Origin: Chiloscyllium plagiosum | Lineage: Eukaryota | NCBI RefSeq assembly: GCF_004010195.1 | Contig: NC_057720.1 | Location: 16,926,190-16,946,189, forward strand | DNA length: 20,000 bases | Direction: 5' to 3' | Part shown: piece after piece, positions 1 to 11,219 of the stretch | How the letters are laid out: every line of letters begins with the position of its first letter | Numbering within the stretch: position 1 is the stretch's first letter | Translations under genes and position numbers: made by a program | The notes under the pieces: model-generated | Told to the model about the DNA's origin: nothing | The model's input: only the letters and a program-made list of their open reading frames with translations | The model's database searches: none

Positions 1-1112
1 ATATTGGAGAACCTAGTTGTGTATAAGATGTATGCATTTGTTTGTTTATTTGGAGCAATACAGGCTTAAGTTAGCTTGATTTCTTGTCCATTTTGTATGT
101 AAATATGGCTATTCTCAGCCCATGTCCTCAGCTGGACTGAGACTTCTGTCCTCATCATCTTGGCTTTTTTTATCTTTGCATTGCCTCTACAGTGACTTGA
201 GAATGTATTTTCCTGTGTGCGTTCAGCTATGTGCAAAAATATGATAAATCAGTCATCAGAAAGATTAATTCCTCTTTCTTTCTTTTACCTTGTTGGATCT
301 ATTGATATGTTTTAATCAATCAAGAGTTTCTCTTCTGAGATAACGTGACTCGAACTGGTTTTTACTGCTCCAAGCAAAAGCATAGAGTCATGCTGGTGTT
401 GTCACAAGGGGTTTTATTTAGTGTGTTTGATTAAAAACATCTTTAACAATGACTAGATGAAGGCAAGTTTATTTTTTCTAATAACTTGTTTAAGAAGTTC
501 TTTTTCTTTTCTTTGGCTCATGTCCAACATAACTCCTTGCCAATCAAAATCAAGAGAGGGAATAGGAAGACACCAGTCACGTGTTGCGGTTGTGCAACAC
601 TTTTGTTTGTTTTTCTTTTTCCTGATGGAAAACTTCTCATGGGCTTAGAGGTTTTGGTCCTTTGCCCAAGATATGTGAAGGAGACTTACTGCTGTCCCTT
701 TTTTTTTGAAGGCTGTCTGTTTGTTTTGAGTCTTTTTGGTTTCACAACAAATGCTGTGATTAGGCGTTTGAGGATATTTGTCTTTGCACCAGGGGAGCAT
801 GAGATGTTATACCACTTGATCATTTATACCTTTATAGTTGTGCAACATGTCACACAACCACTGTTTAGGGCAATGCATAAACAAAGCAAGAAAGTATTGC
901 AATTTAGTGCTTTGGTTGTTGAATCAAAGGCAGTACTAGTAAATATAGTATCTTTGCAGTTGAGTCAAGTTCGCTAAGATTGTTAGATCTAAAGGTCTCA
1001 CCTAGATTCTTCTAGATTGTTAGCCAGAATAGGTAACATATAGCCAGAATCTTTGTAACTGTTTGGAAGAAAGTGGCACTTTAGTCTCACCTGGGGAGTG
1101 ATATGTTCTCAG

Positions 1113-1436
1113 GATTGATTAGATTAGATTAGATTCCCTACAGTGTGGAAACAGCCCCTTCGGCCCAACAAGTCCACACTGACACTCCAGAGAGTAACCT
1201 ACCTAGACCCATTTCCCTCTGACTAATGCACCTAACATTATGGGCAATTTAGCATGGCCAATTCACCTGACCTGCACATTTTGGACTGTGGGAAGAAACC
1301 GGAGCACGTGGGGGAAACCCGTGCAGACACGGGGAGAATGTGCAAACTCCACTGACAGTCGTCCGAGGCTGGAATCAAACCTGAGACCCTGGTGCTGTGA
1401 GGCAACAGTGCTAACCACTGAGCCACCATGCTGCCC
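1113..1436 (-). mobile_element. HE1-type V-SINE (elasmobranch tRNA-derived SINE), full length
   Basis: The minus strand starts GGGCAGCATGGTGGCTCAGTGGTTAGCAC (A box), has GTTTGATTCC (B box), the V-domain GGAGTTTGCACATTCTCCCCGTGTCTGC, a CR1-like 3' tail and an (AATCT)n terminus at 1113-1135. Confidence 0.9.
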
Positions 1437-1995
1437 TTGTTGAGGCACTGAAGAAAGTCAGTCAGCCAATCGAGTCTGCATTGGCTCCCTATGGAGCAAT
1501 TAGTCAGTCCTATTCCCCCACTCTATCCAAGTACCTCTGCAGTTAGTTCCCTCAAGCTTTTGTTTTAAAATCATTCCTCATCTTAGCTTCCACATGCAGG
1601 CAGTGAATTCCAGATTGTTGCTACTTGCTGTGTGATAACGGTTCATGCTTTCATTCCCTCTGCATCCCTTGTCCAGACTCTTAAATCTGGGTCCACTAGT
1701 CCTCCTACCATAAGTTACAGGATTTGCTTTTCTTCGTCTACCTTTTCTAAACCCATCAAAGTCTTGTACACTTATTATCAGAATTTCTCCTCAGTCTTTT
1801 GCTCCAAGGAACTAACTCCAGCATCTCCAAACTAATCTTTGTCGGTGAATTCCCTCGTTCCAGGATCCATTCTGGAAAATCTTTATTTGCACCCTCTGAA
1901 GGGCCTTGATATGTTTCCTGAAATGTGATGCCCTGAACTGACCTCTTTATATGTCCAAAATAACTTTTCTGCTTTTGTACACAATACCTAGTAAT

Positions 1996-2141
1996 AGAAT
2001 TGGAGTGTGGTGCTGGAAAAGCACAGCCAGTCAGGCAGCATCTGAGGAGAATCTACGTTTCGAGCATAAGCTCTTCTTCATGTTTTTTTCCAGCACCACA
2101 CTCTTCGACTCTGATCTCTGGCATCTGCAGTCCTCACTTTC
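1996..2141. mobile_element. Short Penelope-like terminal fragment with internal inversion (hairpin), TSD-flanked
   Basis: GAGTGTGGTGCTGGAAAA (2003-2020) is a perfect inverted repeat of TTTTCCAGCACCACACTC (2086-2103). Flanked by TACCTAGTAAT (1985-1995) and TACCCAGTAAT (2142-2152). Homologous to 12956-13058, 11123-11219 and 19860-20000. Confidence 0.75.
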
Positions 2142-2287
2142 TACCCAGTAATGAAGCCCCAGATCCATTATGCTTTACGAACTGCACTCTCAATGTGTTC
2201 TGCTGCCTTCAGAAATGATGGTCTGTTTTGCCTGTATACTTCTGTCACTTTCTTCACAATTGCCCTTCTACCAAAGTGTAACACCGA

Positions 2288-2977
2288 TAGTGTCGTAGAA
2301 CAGAGGTACCGAGGGGTGCATGTGCTTAATGCTTTGAAATTTGTCTCGCATATAAACAGGTTAAGAAAGCATGCTTTGGCATGCTTATCTTCATTGCTCA
2401 GTCCTTTTGAGTATAGGAGTTGAGGTTGTTCAGGACATGGGTGAGGGCTCTTCTGGAATACTGTGTCCAGTTCTGGTCACTCAGTTATAGGAAGGATATT
2501 ATTATGGAAAGGGTTCAGATGAGATTTACCAGGATGTTGCCAGGTATGGGGGATTTGAGTTATAAAGAAAGGCTGGATAGGCAGAGACTTTTTTCACTGG
2601 CGCGTAGGAAGTTGAGAGGCGATCTGATAGAAGTTTATACCATAATGACAGGTAGAGGTAGAGTTAATGTAGTTGTCTTTTCCCTAGGATGACGGATTTC
2701 AAGACTAGCGGGCATTTTTTAAGATGAGAGTAGAAAGATTTGAAAGACATGAGAGGCAAAGTTTTTACACAGGGTGGTTTGCGTGTGGAATGAACTTCCT
2801 GAAGAAGTAGTGGACGCGGGTGCAATTACAAAGTTTAAAAGACATTTGGATAGATAAAAGAAAAGGAAAGGTTTGGAGGGATACTGGTCAGAAGCAAGCT
2901 GGTGAGACTAGTTCAGTTTAGGATTATGTTCAGTATGAACTGGTTGGACCGAAGGGTCTGTTTCCATGCTGTATGAC
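2288..2977 (+). mobile_element. CR1 LINE (HER1-like), 5'-truncated 3' fragment
   Basis: ORF 2420-2692 (LEYCVQFWSLSYRKDII.ERVQ.RFTRMLPG...LRGDLIEVY) and a CR1 tail GAAGGGTCTGTTTCCATGCTGTATGAC. Confidence 0.9.
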
Positions 2978-3347
2978 ACCTCTGTTTTAAATTTCACCTG
3001 CTGACTTTCAGCCCATTCTGCTTGCTTGCATATATTTTGTTCAGTTGATTGGTATCATTCTCACCATCAGAGACAATGCTTTGAAACGTTGAGGCGTGAC
3101 AATTTTTCCAATATACAAGTCAATTATGTTTTTCCAAAAGAAAGGCAGTAGTTTTGGCATTAACACTTGAAGCATCAGCATCTTCTATCCTCCAGCTTAA
3201 AAAGCAACCATTTTAGCACAACTTGCTACCTTATGTCCTGAAGCCAAATTTTTCCAAGCTTACACTGATCCTTCTAAATCATGAGCCACAGCTTTGTTAA
3301 CCGGCCTTTTATGTGACAATTTATCCAATATTTTCTTAAAATTCAAT

Positions 3348-3583
3348 TAGTTTCAAAATAGTCATTGGAAAGGATAGAATTGATCAGAAAATTAAAGTTC
3401 TAATTGAAGGCCAATTTTGACAATATTAGAGTGGAATTTTGGAAATTTGAGGGAGAATATTCACAGGTAAAGGGGTGGTTGGGAAGTGGGAGGCCTTTAA
3501 AAGTGAGATAACAAAAGTTTATAGACAGAATGTTCCTGCTAGTGTGAAGGACAAAGCTAGTTCGTGTAGGGAATGCTAGATGA
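3348..3583 (+). mobile_element. CR1 LINE internal fragment (post-endonuclease tether region)
   Basis: Decayed translation SFKIVIGKDR...ANFDNIR...KWEAFKSEITKVYRQNVPASVKDKA, typical of CR1 ORF2. Confidence 0.7.
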
Positions 3584-3686
3584 GTACATTATAGCTTTCA
3601 CTCCACAGCACTCCTCCTTAATTCATTTCAATTCTGTAATAAAGGTTTGAAGTATGCATAGTCCCAGATCCATATGGATCTCATTA

Positions 3687-4852
3687 AGACATTTGAGAAG
3701 GTTCCCCATGGAAGACTGGTTAAAGGTTATTCTTGTGGAATACAGGGAGAACTAGCCATTTGAATACAGAATTGGCTCAAAGGTAGAAGACAGAGGGTGG
3801 TGATGAAGGGTTGTTTTTCAGACTGGAGGCCTGTAACCAGTGGAGTGCCTCAAGCATTGGTGCTGGGTCCATTACTTTTCGTAATATCTATAAATGATTT
3901 GGATGTGAACACAGGAGGTATAGTTAGTAAGTTTGCAGATGACACCAAAATTGGAGTAGTAGTAGACAGCAAAGAAGATTACCTCAGAGTCCAATGGGAT
4001 CTTGATCAGATATGCCAATGGGCTGAGGAGTGGCAGGTGGAGTTTAATTTAGATAAATGCGAGGTGCTGCATTTTGGGAAAGCAAATCTTAGCAGGATTT
4101 ATACACTTAATGGTAAGGTCCTCGGGAGTGTTGCTGAACAAAGAGACCTTGGAGTGCAGGTTCATAGCTCCTTGAAAGTGGAGTCGCAGGTAGATAGGAT
4201 AGTGAAGAAGGCATTTGGTATGCTTTCCTTTATTGGTCAGAGCACAGAGTATAGGAGTTGGGAGGTCATGTTGCTGCTGTACAGGATGTTGGTTAGGCCA
4301 CTTTTGAAATATTGTGTGCAATTCTGGTCGACTTCCTATTGGAAAGATGTTGTGAAACTTGAAAGAGTTCAGAAAAGATTTACAAGGATGTTGCTACAAT
4401 TGGAGACTTTGAACTATGGGGAGAGGTTGAATAGGCTGTGGCTGTTTTCCCTGGAGCGTCAGAGGCTGAGGGGTGACCTTATAGAGGTTTATAAAATCAT
4501 GAGGGACATGGATAGGATAAATAGGCAAAGTCTTTTCCCTGGGGTTGGGGAGTCCAGAACTAGAAGGCATAGGTTTAGGGTGAGAGGAGAAAGATACAAA
4601 AGAGATCTAAGGGACAACATTTTCATGCAGAAGGTGAGGCATGTATGGAATGAGCTGCCAGAGGAAGTGGTGGAGGCTGGTACAATTGCAACATTTAAAA
4701 GGCATCTGGATGGGTATATGAATAGGAAGGGTTTGGAGGGATATGGGTTGGGTGCTGACAAGTGGGACTAAATTAGGTTGGGATATCTGGTTGGCATGGA
4801 CAAGTTGCACCAAAGAGTCTGTTTCCATGCTGCACATCTCTATGATGCTATG
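3687..4852 (+). mobile_element. CR1 LINE (HER1-like), 5'-truncated, with 324-aa open RT C-terminal ORF at 3797-4771
   Basis: Motifs SGVPQ.LVLGPLLFVI.INDL, KFADDTK, FNLDKCEVLHFG, YCVQFWS, LRGDLIEVYKIM. Upstream F.KVPHGRL is followed by a stop/frameshift. The 3' tail ends CTCTATGATGCTATG. Confidence 0.95.
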
Positions 4853-6624
4853 GCTTGCCTGATAAGCTGGCGTTGCCAGTCAATTATTTTTCTGGTTGAA
4901 TGCACTATTATTAGATCACATCAAACACTTAGATGCATTAACCTGTTGTTTTTGTAACACTTCCTGGTGTGTGCTTGCTGTGTCTTTTAAAGTGCTCTGT
5001 TAATGACTCATAGATTGAAGTTCAGCTATAGAATTTAATGTTTTGAGCACTCTACTGCAAACTGTATGTAATAAAATTTATAGATCAGAATTGCTTTCTT
5101 TGGTATGTAACATTATGGTGCAATTTAAACTAGGTTATTCCAGAGTGTTTGAGTGCTATGTCTGAGTCCATTCGAGCACTCGCTTGAACATCAATATCGA
5201 AGGATTAGCTTTTTAACTTGCCTTTTCTATAGCTTTTGCTGGAGTTAATTAGAGTCTTTGCCATGAGATCCATGTATTGCATTGTGGTTGTATTAGTGGA
5301 AAGCTTTCTTTATGGTGAAATTTAAAGATTTTGTTTTCCATTCCTAACAGCAATAACTGGAAAAATTATCATTGTTATACAATTGATTTTGAAGTCCTAA
5401 ATATGGTGAGGGAAATAGAAACAATTTTCCTGTGTTCCTTTGACTTGGACACATCTTTTGAGTTTATACTGGGAAAGTTGCATTCTAGTAATAGAGGAAA
5501 GGGCGTGATGCTGTTCAGTAGTAAACCTAGCTGAGAATGAAAGTTGAAAATTCTGCAAGCACATGGTTTTTCAGTCTGCATGTGAAACAGAAAAGATGGG
5601 TAGGTAAGTGGGCATTCATAAAAGTAGAGCTGTACCCTGAAATGTTAACCCACTTCTTGTCTTCTGCCTGTCAGCTCTTTTTCCAGCCTTTCCTACTTTT
5701 GCAAGTTGTCAATCAATGTCAAGTACTTGTAGTTTTGAGGCAGGTAAAAAGTAAAGCATCCTCTGCTTTGCTGCAGAAGTATGCCTTGGCTCAAACTTAG
5801 AAAGAAGTGACATTTTCCATTTCCTATATTGGTAATCCTATGGCTTCCATTGAGTGAGATTGCCAAAATAGGAGTAGTTCAAACTGTGGGTTCCCACATA
5901 CTAATTAATGAGTTGAGATTAGTCAATCTCATTTCATTTCATCAATGAGTTTCTTTTATAATCCCTTTTCATCACATCACAAGGACTATGCAGAGCAATG
6001 ATGTTTTCATTGCTCAGGGGGTGCAGGCTTATTAGGATCATGTGTTCAATGGGTCTTTTGAATATATTTTTATAGCAGTCAGAGCAATACTACCCAGCTG
6101 GAATGCTTAACAGTCCTAAGGTACTGGCCAAGAACTGATTGACCGTGTATGAATGTGAATTTCAACGTTATACAAGTAATGAACAACCTTGGGAGTTGAA
6201 GTTGCCATGATCTGGTAGAGAAGCAGATATTTCATGAATCTGCCTTGAGCTGCTGGGTGATTATAGCACTAATGCCATTCACTGATGCAGGAAGTTTACA
6301 CTTTTTAAAGTTACACCTCCCATTTTAAAAAGAAAGTTCCCTTTTGCAAAGCTAGGAATATGATATAAACCAAAATGTCTACAGAGCAATCAACACACTG
6401 GTACTAGTTTTTTTATTGCTTGTTGTTTCCAGTTTCTTCTTTAAATATAAAAAATATTATTAGTGCTGTATTGAGTTCCACCTGTTAGTTAAGACTGTTT
6501 CTCTTGGTTAAATTAATATAACTCTAGCTGCATAAAATGTCCACATCATGTTGCAAAATAACTGCTCCCATCCAGACTTCGCTATGCATTGTGCACAATG
6601 GACAAACTAAATAACCATATAAAA

Positions 6625-6744
6625 TCTAAATTGTCCAGGGAAAGAGCTGAAGGGTGTGTATGAGTAGGTATATTGAATTTTCTTTCAGGGACCCTCCATA
6701 TGTGCATTGGGCCTAATGGTCTTTTTCTGTGCTGTAAATCTCTA
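6625..6744 (+). mobile_element. Old CR1 3'-UTR remnant
   Basis: GGGCCTAATGGTCTTTTTCTGTGCTGTAAATCTCTA resembles the CR1 3' terminal hairpin and tail. Confidence 0.5.
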
Positions 6745-6842
6745 CTGGACTTTGAAATAATAATTCTCCTTTCCTGTGAAAATTATTTCAGTGCATTGCC
6801 AGTTTTTAACTACTGTTGTGTTCTTTTTTTCAGGGAGATACC

Positions 6843-6951
6843 ATGACAACACCTTTAGATAGCTTGTCAAAAGATGCCATCAATCTGACTCTGCATAATC
6901 AAATGAAGAATGATTCTGGTAAAGAAAATGAAGATGGTTGCAAACTTTCAA
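6843..6951 (+). CDS. CDC7: CDC7 kinase, probable first coding exon (exon 6834-6951; MTTPLDSLSKDAINLTLHNQMKNDSGKENEDGCKLS + 1 nt, phase-1 end)
   Basis: Pyrimidine tract + CAG acceptor at 6831-6833, ATG at 6843 with A at -3, and GTAAGT donor at 6952. The 109 coding nt end in phase 1 and join in frame to the 14752/14755 exon. Length and the C-terminal 'KLS' match the poorly conserved CDC7 N-terminus (human ...NFKLAG). An in-frame upstream extension cannot be excluded. Confidence 0.75.
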
Positions 6952-7240
6952 GTAAGTTCAGTGAAGTACAGATAGAATGCATTTGTTTCTCCTTCAAGGG
7001 TTCCTGAAGCTTTTATATTAAACATAAATGTTGGCATTCAGATTGTGCAAAACTTACATTAAAATTGTTATTACTTGGTCTTTGGAAATGCTCAATATTG
7101 ATCAGCCAACAATCAGAACAACCTGATGCCTCTCATCAGTGGTCAGTCACAAGCCTTGGCAGTGAGGACCAAGTTGTTACAGGATCAAATGTCTCCAACT
7201 AAACGAAGAAGCCTTCATATGTTGAATTTTCCCTGAACCA

Positions 7241-7737
7241 GAAAAGGAGACATGCTGTCAATTTTTTTTGTCTTGAATTCAATCAGTACAGATGCAAGAA
7301 TGCCAAATTTCAAAAGTAGTAACAATTTAAACTGCATGCAAAAAAAGTGCTGATTTGTTGACAGGTTGATTCTGTTTGGCCATGGTGTTGCCATGTAGAT
7401 TGCATGAAGGAACTGTTGTCTTCCACTTTATTTTTTTAATTCAGAAAAATAGTGCAGTGCCTGGATATATTCTTTCTTCCTGCAGAGGACAAGTCCTTGT
7501 GTATGAATATATGTAGATTCTAGCAAGCACATGTGAGCAACACCATGAGCCCAACTCATAATCTTAAATCGATTCTTGGTTTAATTCATAGCATGTACAC
7601 TATTTCGGATTATCAGTTGTGCCTGCAATGTGACCAGTTATACTTAGTTGAATCTACGTACGTTCCTACACAAGTATCTGTCTTTGAAATTTGATATTCT
7701 TTCGGCAGTCTGATGAGTGAGTGCGGGATGAATAGCA
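7241..7737 (-). mobile_element. Penelope-like element 3' fragment (GIY-YIG C-terminus and terminal repeat) with an inverted terminal copy
   Basis: Minus strand 7571->7443 reads RFKIMSWAHGVAHMCLLESTYIHTQGLVLCRKKEYIQALHYF (PLE endonuclease C-terminal LE..YI motif). 7296-7314 is an inverted repeat of 7683-7701 (17/19). Decayed CTGATGA hammerhead-like motif at 7710-7716. Confidence 0.65.
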
Positions 7738-8238
7738 GATCTGGGCGCCACAATGTAGGAAGGATATATTTCCTCGAGACAGTGCAGTATAGTTTTGCAG
7801 GAATAATACCTGGATTTGGGATTTTGTTATGAGGAGAAATTCTATAAATTAGGCCTGTTTTTTCTGAAATTTAAAAGGGGTGATCTAAGTGAAGTCTTCA
7901 AGATATTATCAGGCAAAGACAGGGTAAATAAAGAGAAACTATTTCCACTGTTTGGTGATTCTAGAACCTGCAGCATGGTCTGAGAATTAGGGCCAGACCA
8001 CTCAGGGAAGATGTTAGGAACACTTCTTTAGGCAGAGAGTATTAAATGTTTGGAGCTCTTTTCTCCAAACAGCAGTTGATCCAGTGTCAGTTGTTAATTT
8101 TAAATCTGAGGTAGATTTCTTTTTGTTAAGCAAAGGTATTAAGGGATATGGGCCAAAAGCGGGTATATGGAGTTAGGTCACAAATCAGCCATTCATTGAA
8201 TGGTAGTACTGAATGCCTATTCCTGCTCCTCTCTTCCT
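7738..8238 (+). mobile_element. CR1 LINE 3' fragment, degraded
   Basis: WAPQCRKDI...YEEK..KLGLF..GDLSEVFKI motifs and a 3' end GAATGCCTATTCCTGCTCCT. Confidence 0.8.
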
Positions 8239-8896
8239 AAAATCAGCCCCCCCGAGTTATGAATTACCAAGCAATTATATATCGAATTGTGCCATCTTGC
8301 AACCACTCTGAGAAATGGTGAAAAGTTCCTTGCAAATAGTGTGAATGGATTACATCTCAAAAAATATGACTCTTTTTAACCACTGTTGCTAATGTGCAAT
8401 CTGCAAAAACACAGCTAACACAATGTTGCATGTTTTTGCTTATTAGAGCTGTATTCAGTTTAAGGCAAACCATGTGCTGTTTATCCTCAGTTAAAATATA
8501 TAGACTATGATTTGCACCAGAATTTGATTTTTAATTAGTTTTGATGCTTCAGACGTTTTTAAGCTTCAAACTACCATGTTTAGGGGCTGTGGTACTTGCA
8601 TAGAACAGCAGTGGATAAGTAGAAATAACATTGTAACTGATAAGTACAAGAATTTATTGTTCTCTCTACAGATAATGAATATAAAGGTAAAAGCAAAATG
8701 AATTAGTTGGAAATTGTGATGGATAGGTTCTGTGAAAAAACAGAATTTTTAAGAATACAATCTGGACTTTGTTTATAGCATAGAGTATCAGTTTATACTT
8801 ACGTGACTGCACATTGGCAAGTAGTTAATCTGATTGTATCTCGATGAACAAGGCCACATAATGTATGGGAAGACCATCACCTGCACGTTCAACTCC

Positions 8897-8993
8897 AGTC
8901 ATAGTCATACAGCATGGTAACAGACCCTTTGATCCAACCAGTCCATGCCAACCATAATTCCAACCTAAATTAGTCCCAATTACCTGCACATTT
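8897..8993 (-). mobile_element. CR1 (HER1-type) 3' tail fragment
   Basis: Reverse complement matches the tails at 2905-2977 and 4765-4852 (GGACTAATTTAGGTTGGAATTATGGTTGGCATGGACTGGTTGGATCAAAGGGTCTG). Confidence 0.8.
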
Positions 8994-9540
8994 AATAAGT
9001 TCTTAGCTGATCTGCTTGTGTTTTAAATAATATAATCTCATCTATTCCTGATGTCCTTCAATTCCCTTGCCTAGCAACAACCCATGTACTTCTGCTTGAA
9101 AAATATGCAATAGAGATGGAGATTCTTGGAGAGGAACTTCTAGTGCTTAGACTTGACAGAATGCATGGCACCAAAGGTAAAGTAATTAGAAGAGAGGAAA
9201 GGGATGTAGGGCTGCAAGAAATTTCAAGAGTAGGGAAAGCAGTGAGACCAAGAGGAGATATGAGAGTTTAGATGAAAAGTTTAAATGAGAAGTAAACAAC
9301 TCAGCCAGCAAAGTAGATGGTGGATGGGATTCAAGACAATTTAGGACACAGGCAGGTTTCTTGTGAGCATAATACGGGAGGTATAATGGAATTTAAAGTA
9401 GCTCAGCAAACTGATCATGGCATGGTATTATGTGAAGACATTCATGTGGAAGGAGTTCACAGGAATATCGAGTTAGCAGGGGACAGCCAAGGGATTGTCA
9501 GGAGAATAGATGTGGTTCTCTGCAGCCCGAGCTTTGTTGC

Positions 9541-10080
9541 ATACCTGGCACCACTGGCCACAGACCTCCAGTCCAAAGATCAGCCGTCCACCACCACCCT
9601 CTGTCTCTTGCTTGTACGGCCAATTATATATCCAATTGCCAAGCTCATCCTGAATCCCATGCGATCTAACTTTACTAATTAGTCTACCATGCGGGACCTT
9701 ATCAAATGCTTTACTGAAGTCCAAGTAAACAATATCTACTACTCTGCCCTCATCTGTCGTCTTGGTCACATCCTCAATAAACTCAGTCAAGTTAGTGAGT
9801 CAAGGTTTTCCTCACACAAAACCATGCTGACTGTACCTAATCAGTCCTCTCCTCTCCAAATGCATGCAAGTCCTCCCTTTAAGAGTCTCCCCCAACAACT
9901 TAACCACCACTGATGTCCGACTCTCAGATCTAGAATTTCCAGGTTTCTCCTCACAGCCTTCCTTTAACAATGTCACAATGTTAGCCACCCTCCAGTCCTC
10001 CAGTACTTCACTGGTGTTTATGGATGATACAAATGTTTCTGCTAGGGGCCTGCAATTTCTTCCCTAACTTCCCACAACAT
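9541..10080 (-). mobile_element. CR1 LINE internal RT fragment
   Basis: ORF 9473-9790(-) EFIEDVTK..DEGRVVDIVYLDFSKAFDKVPHGRLISKVRSHGI. Upstream EVLEDWRVANIVTLLKEG..EKPGN. Confidence 0.92.
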
Positions 10081-10403
10081 CTTTTAGTTGAGTGTGGCTT
10101 TGACATCAAGGGCTGTCATTCTCATCTAGCCTATGGAATTCAGCTGTTTTGTCCATGTTTGAAACAAGGTTCTAAATGTGGTTAGGAACTGAGTGGCCCA
10201 GGCAGAATTCAAACTGGGTGTCACTGAGCAAGTAGCTGCTGAGCAGGTGCTGTTTAATGACACTATTGATGATACCTTTCATCGTTTTTGCTGATGATCA
10301 AGAGTGATATGGTAATTGGCCGGATTGGATTTGTCCTGCTGTTTGTGTATAGGACACGCCTGGTCAAATCTCCACATTACCTGGGAGATGTCAGTGTTGT
10401 GAC

Positions 10404-11106
10404 TATTGATTGAGATTTAGGTCTATTGACGTGTATCTAAAAATCCATTGAAAAATGTTTTATCGCATGTTATATGCAAAGTGTCACCATCTTGAAGCAC
10501 TGAATTCAATGCAAGATTTTGCTGTAGTAGAGTTCATCTTTCTCTCCTGTTCTTTCTCTATTGCTCCTTCAGTTGCTATTTGACATTAGCTGGAGTGTCT
10601 GAAAAAGACTCTGGGCTCTCGGTTAGGGGACTCCACTACTGTCACAACTGCAATTGCTGCCTCCAAGTTGGAGCCAAGGGTCTGGGGATACATGGGCTCT
10701 GTACCTCCTATTTCCTGTCCAACGCTCCTCTAAAAGCTGCCACTAGTTGCAGGGATCTTCTGTCGTCTCTTTTGCTGATGCTTCCACTTTTTCAGGTGCC
10801 CAGGCCGAGCTGAAGACGTGGAGTCTTGACTCAGTTTGTGAGTCTGGGTCAGGGAAGTTGGCCAGGGACCTGCTCCTTGTTCTCAGAAACCCTGGGCTGG
10901 GATAGAGTCATGTCAGCCTCATCCTGATGTTGCTGCCACTGCTGATGTAGGCCTCGTCCTTAATTTTTCACTCCGCCTCAGCCACCACCATTCTCCAGGC
11001 TTTAAAGAAAATGAAGGGAGAAGAAATAAAAAGAGCAAAAGTAAAAAGAAAGAAAGCGGATGAGCCTTGGGCTCAGCCTTGCTAGTCTGCTGCCACCTTG
11101 GAAATG
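10404..11106 (-). mobile_element. Unclassified ~700-bp non-coding insertion, probably a non-autonomous retroposon
   Basis: The host LINE stops at ~10403 (CAGTGTTGTGAC) and resumes at 11107 (TCTACTGGAAGAGCTT). On the minus strand the insert has a T-rich stretch near its 5' end, a GC-richer body, and a 3' end GATACACGTCAATAGACCTAAATCTCAATCAATA resembling LINE tails with short repeats. Confidence 0.5.
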
Positions 11107-11122
11107 TCTACTGGAAGAGCTT

Positions 11123-11219
11123 TGGTAAAAACAATGACTGCAGATGCTGGAAACCAGATTCTGGATTAGTGGTGCTGGAAGAGCGCAGCAATTCAGGCAG
11201 CATCCGAGGAACAGTAAAA
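11123..11219 (-). mobile_element. 97-bp Penelope-like terminal fragment with perfect 16-bp TSD
   Basis: TCTACTGGAAGAGCTT at 11107-11122 and 11220-11235. Body is nearly identical to 19860-19922. Confidence 0.8.

Larger units (their letters stand above)
1450..3650 (-). mobile_element. Old, degraded CR1 LINE (ORF2 RT C-terminal half and 3' end), interrupted by younger inserts at 1996-2141, 2288-2977 and 3348-3583
   Basis: Minus-strand segments 1450-1995, 2142-2285, 2980-3345 and ~3585-3650 give collinear decayed CR1 ORF2 motifs (QF..HFRK.IKAL..VQ, L..LGFI). Boundaries are approximate. Confidence 0.6.

Noticed and set aside
457..977. 163-aa and 63-aa ORFs
   Set aside because: Phe/Leu/Val-rich products of T-rich sequence with no recognisable domain; the longer ORF starts at TTG. 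Minus-strand frames are also interrupted.
1238..1448. Overlapping short ORFs and tRNA-like sequence as a real tRNA or protein gene
   Set aside because: All lie within the HE1 SINE; the tRNA similarity is the SINE head.
3797..4771. 324-aa RT ORF as a functional or domesticated gene
   Set aside because: It is the 3' third of a 5'-truncated CR1 ORF2 with a non-ATG start, upstream stop/frameshift and a standard CR1 tail. An open frame is expected in a young copy.
5907..5938. Small hairpin AATGAGTTGAGATT / AATCTCATTTCATT
   Set aside because: 12/14 AT-rich stem; plausible by chance, with no other support.
9120..9520. Purine-rich stretch and ORF 9317-9682, possibly an old L2 fragment
   Set aside because: Too degraded to assign. 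The ORF's second half is antisense CR1.
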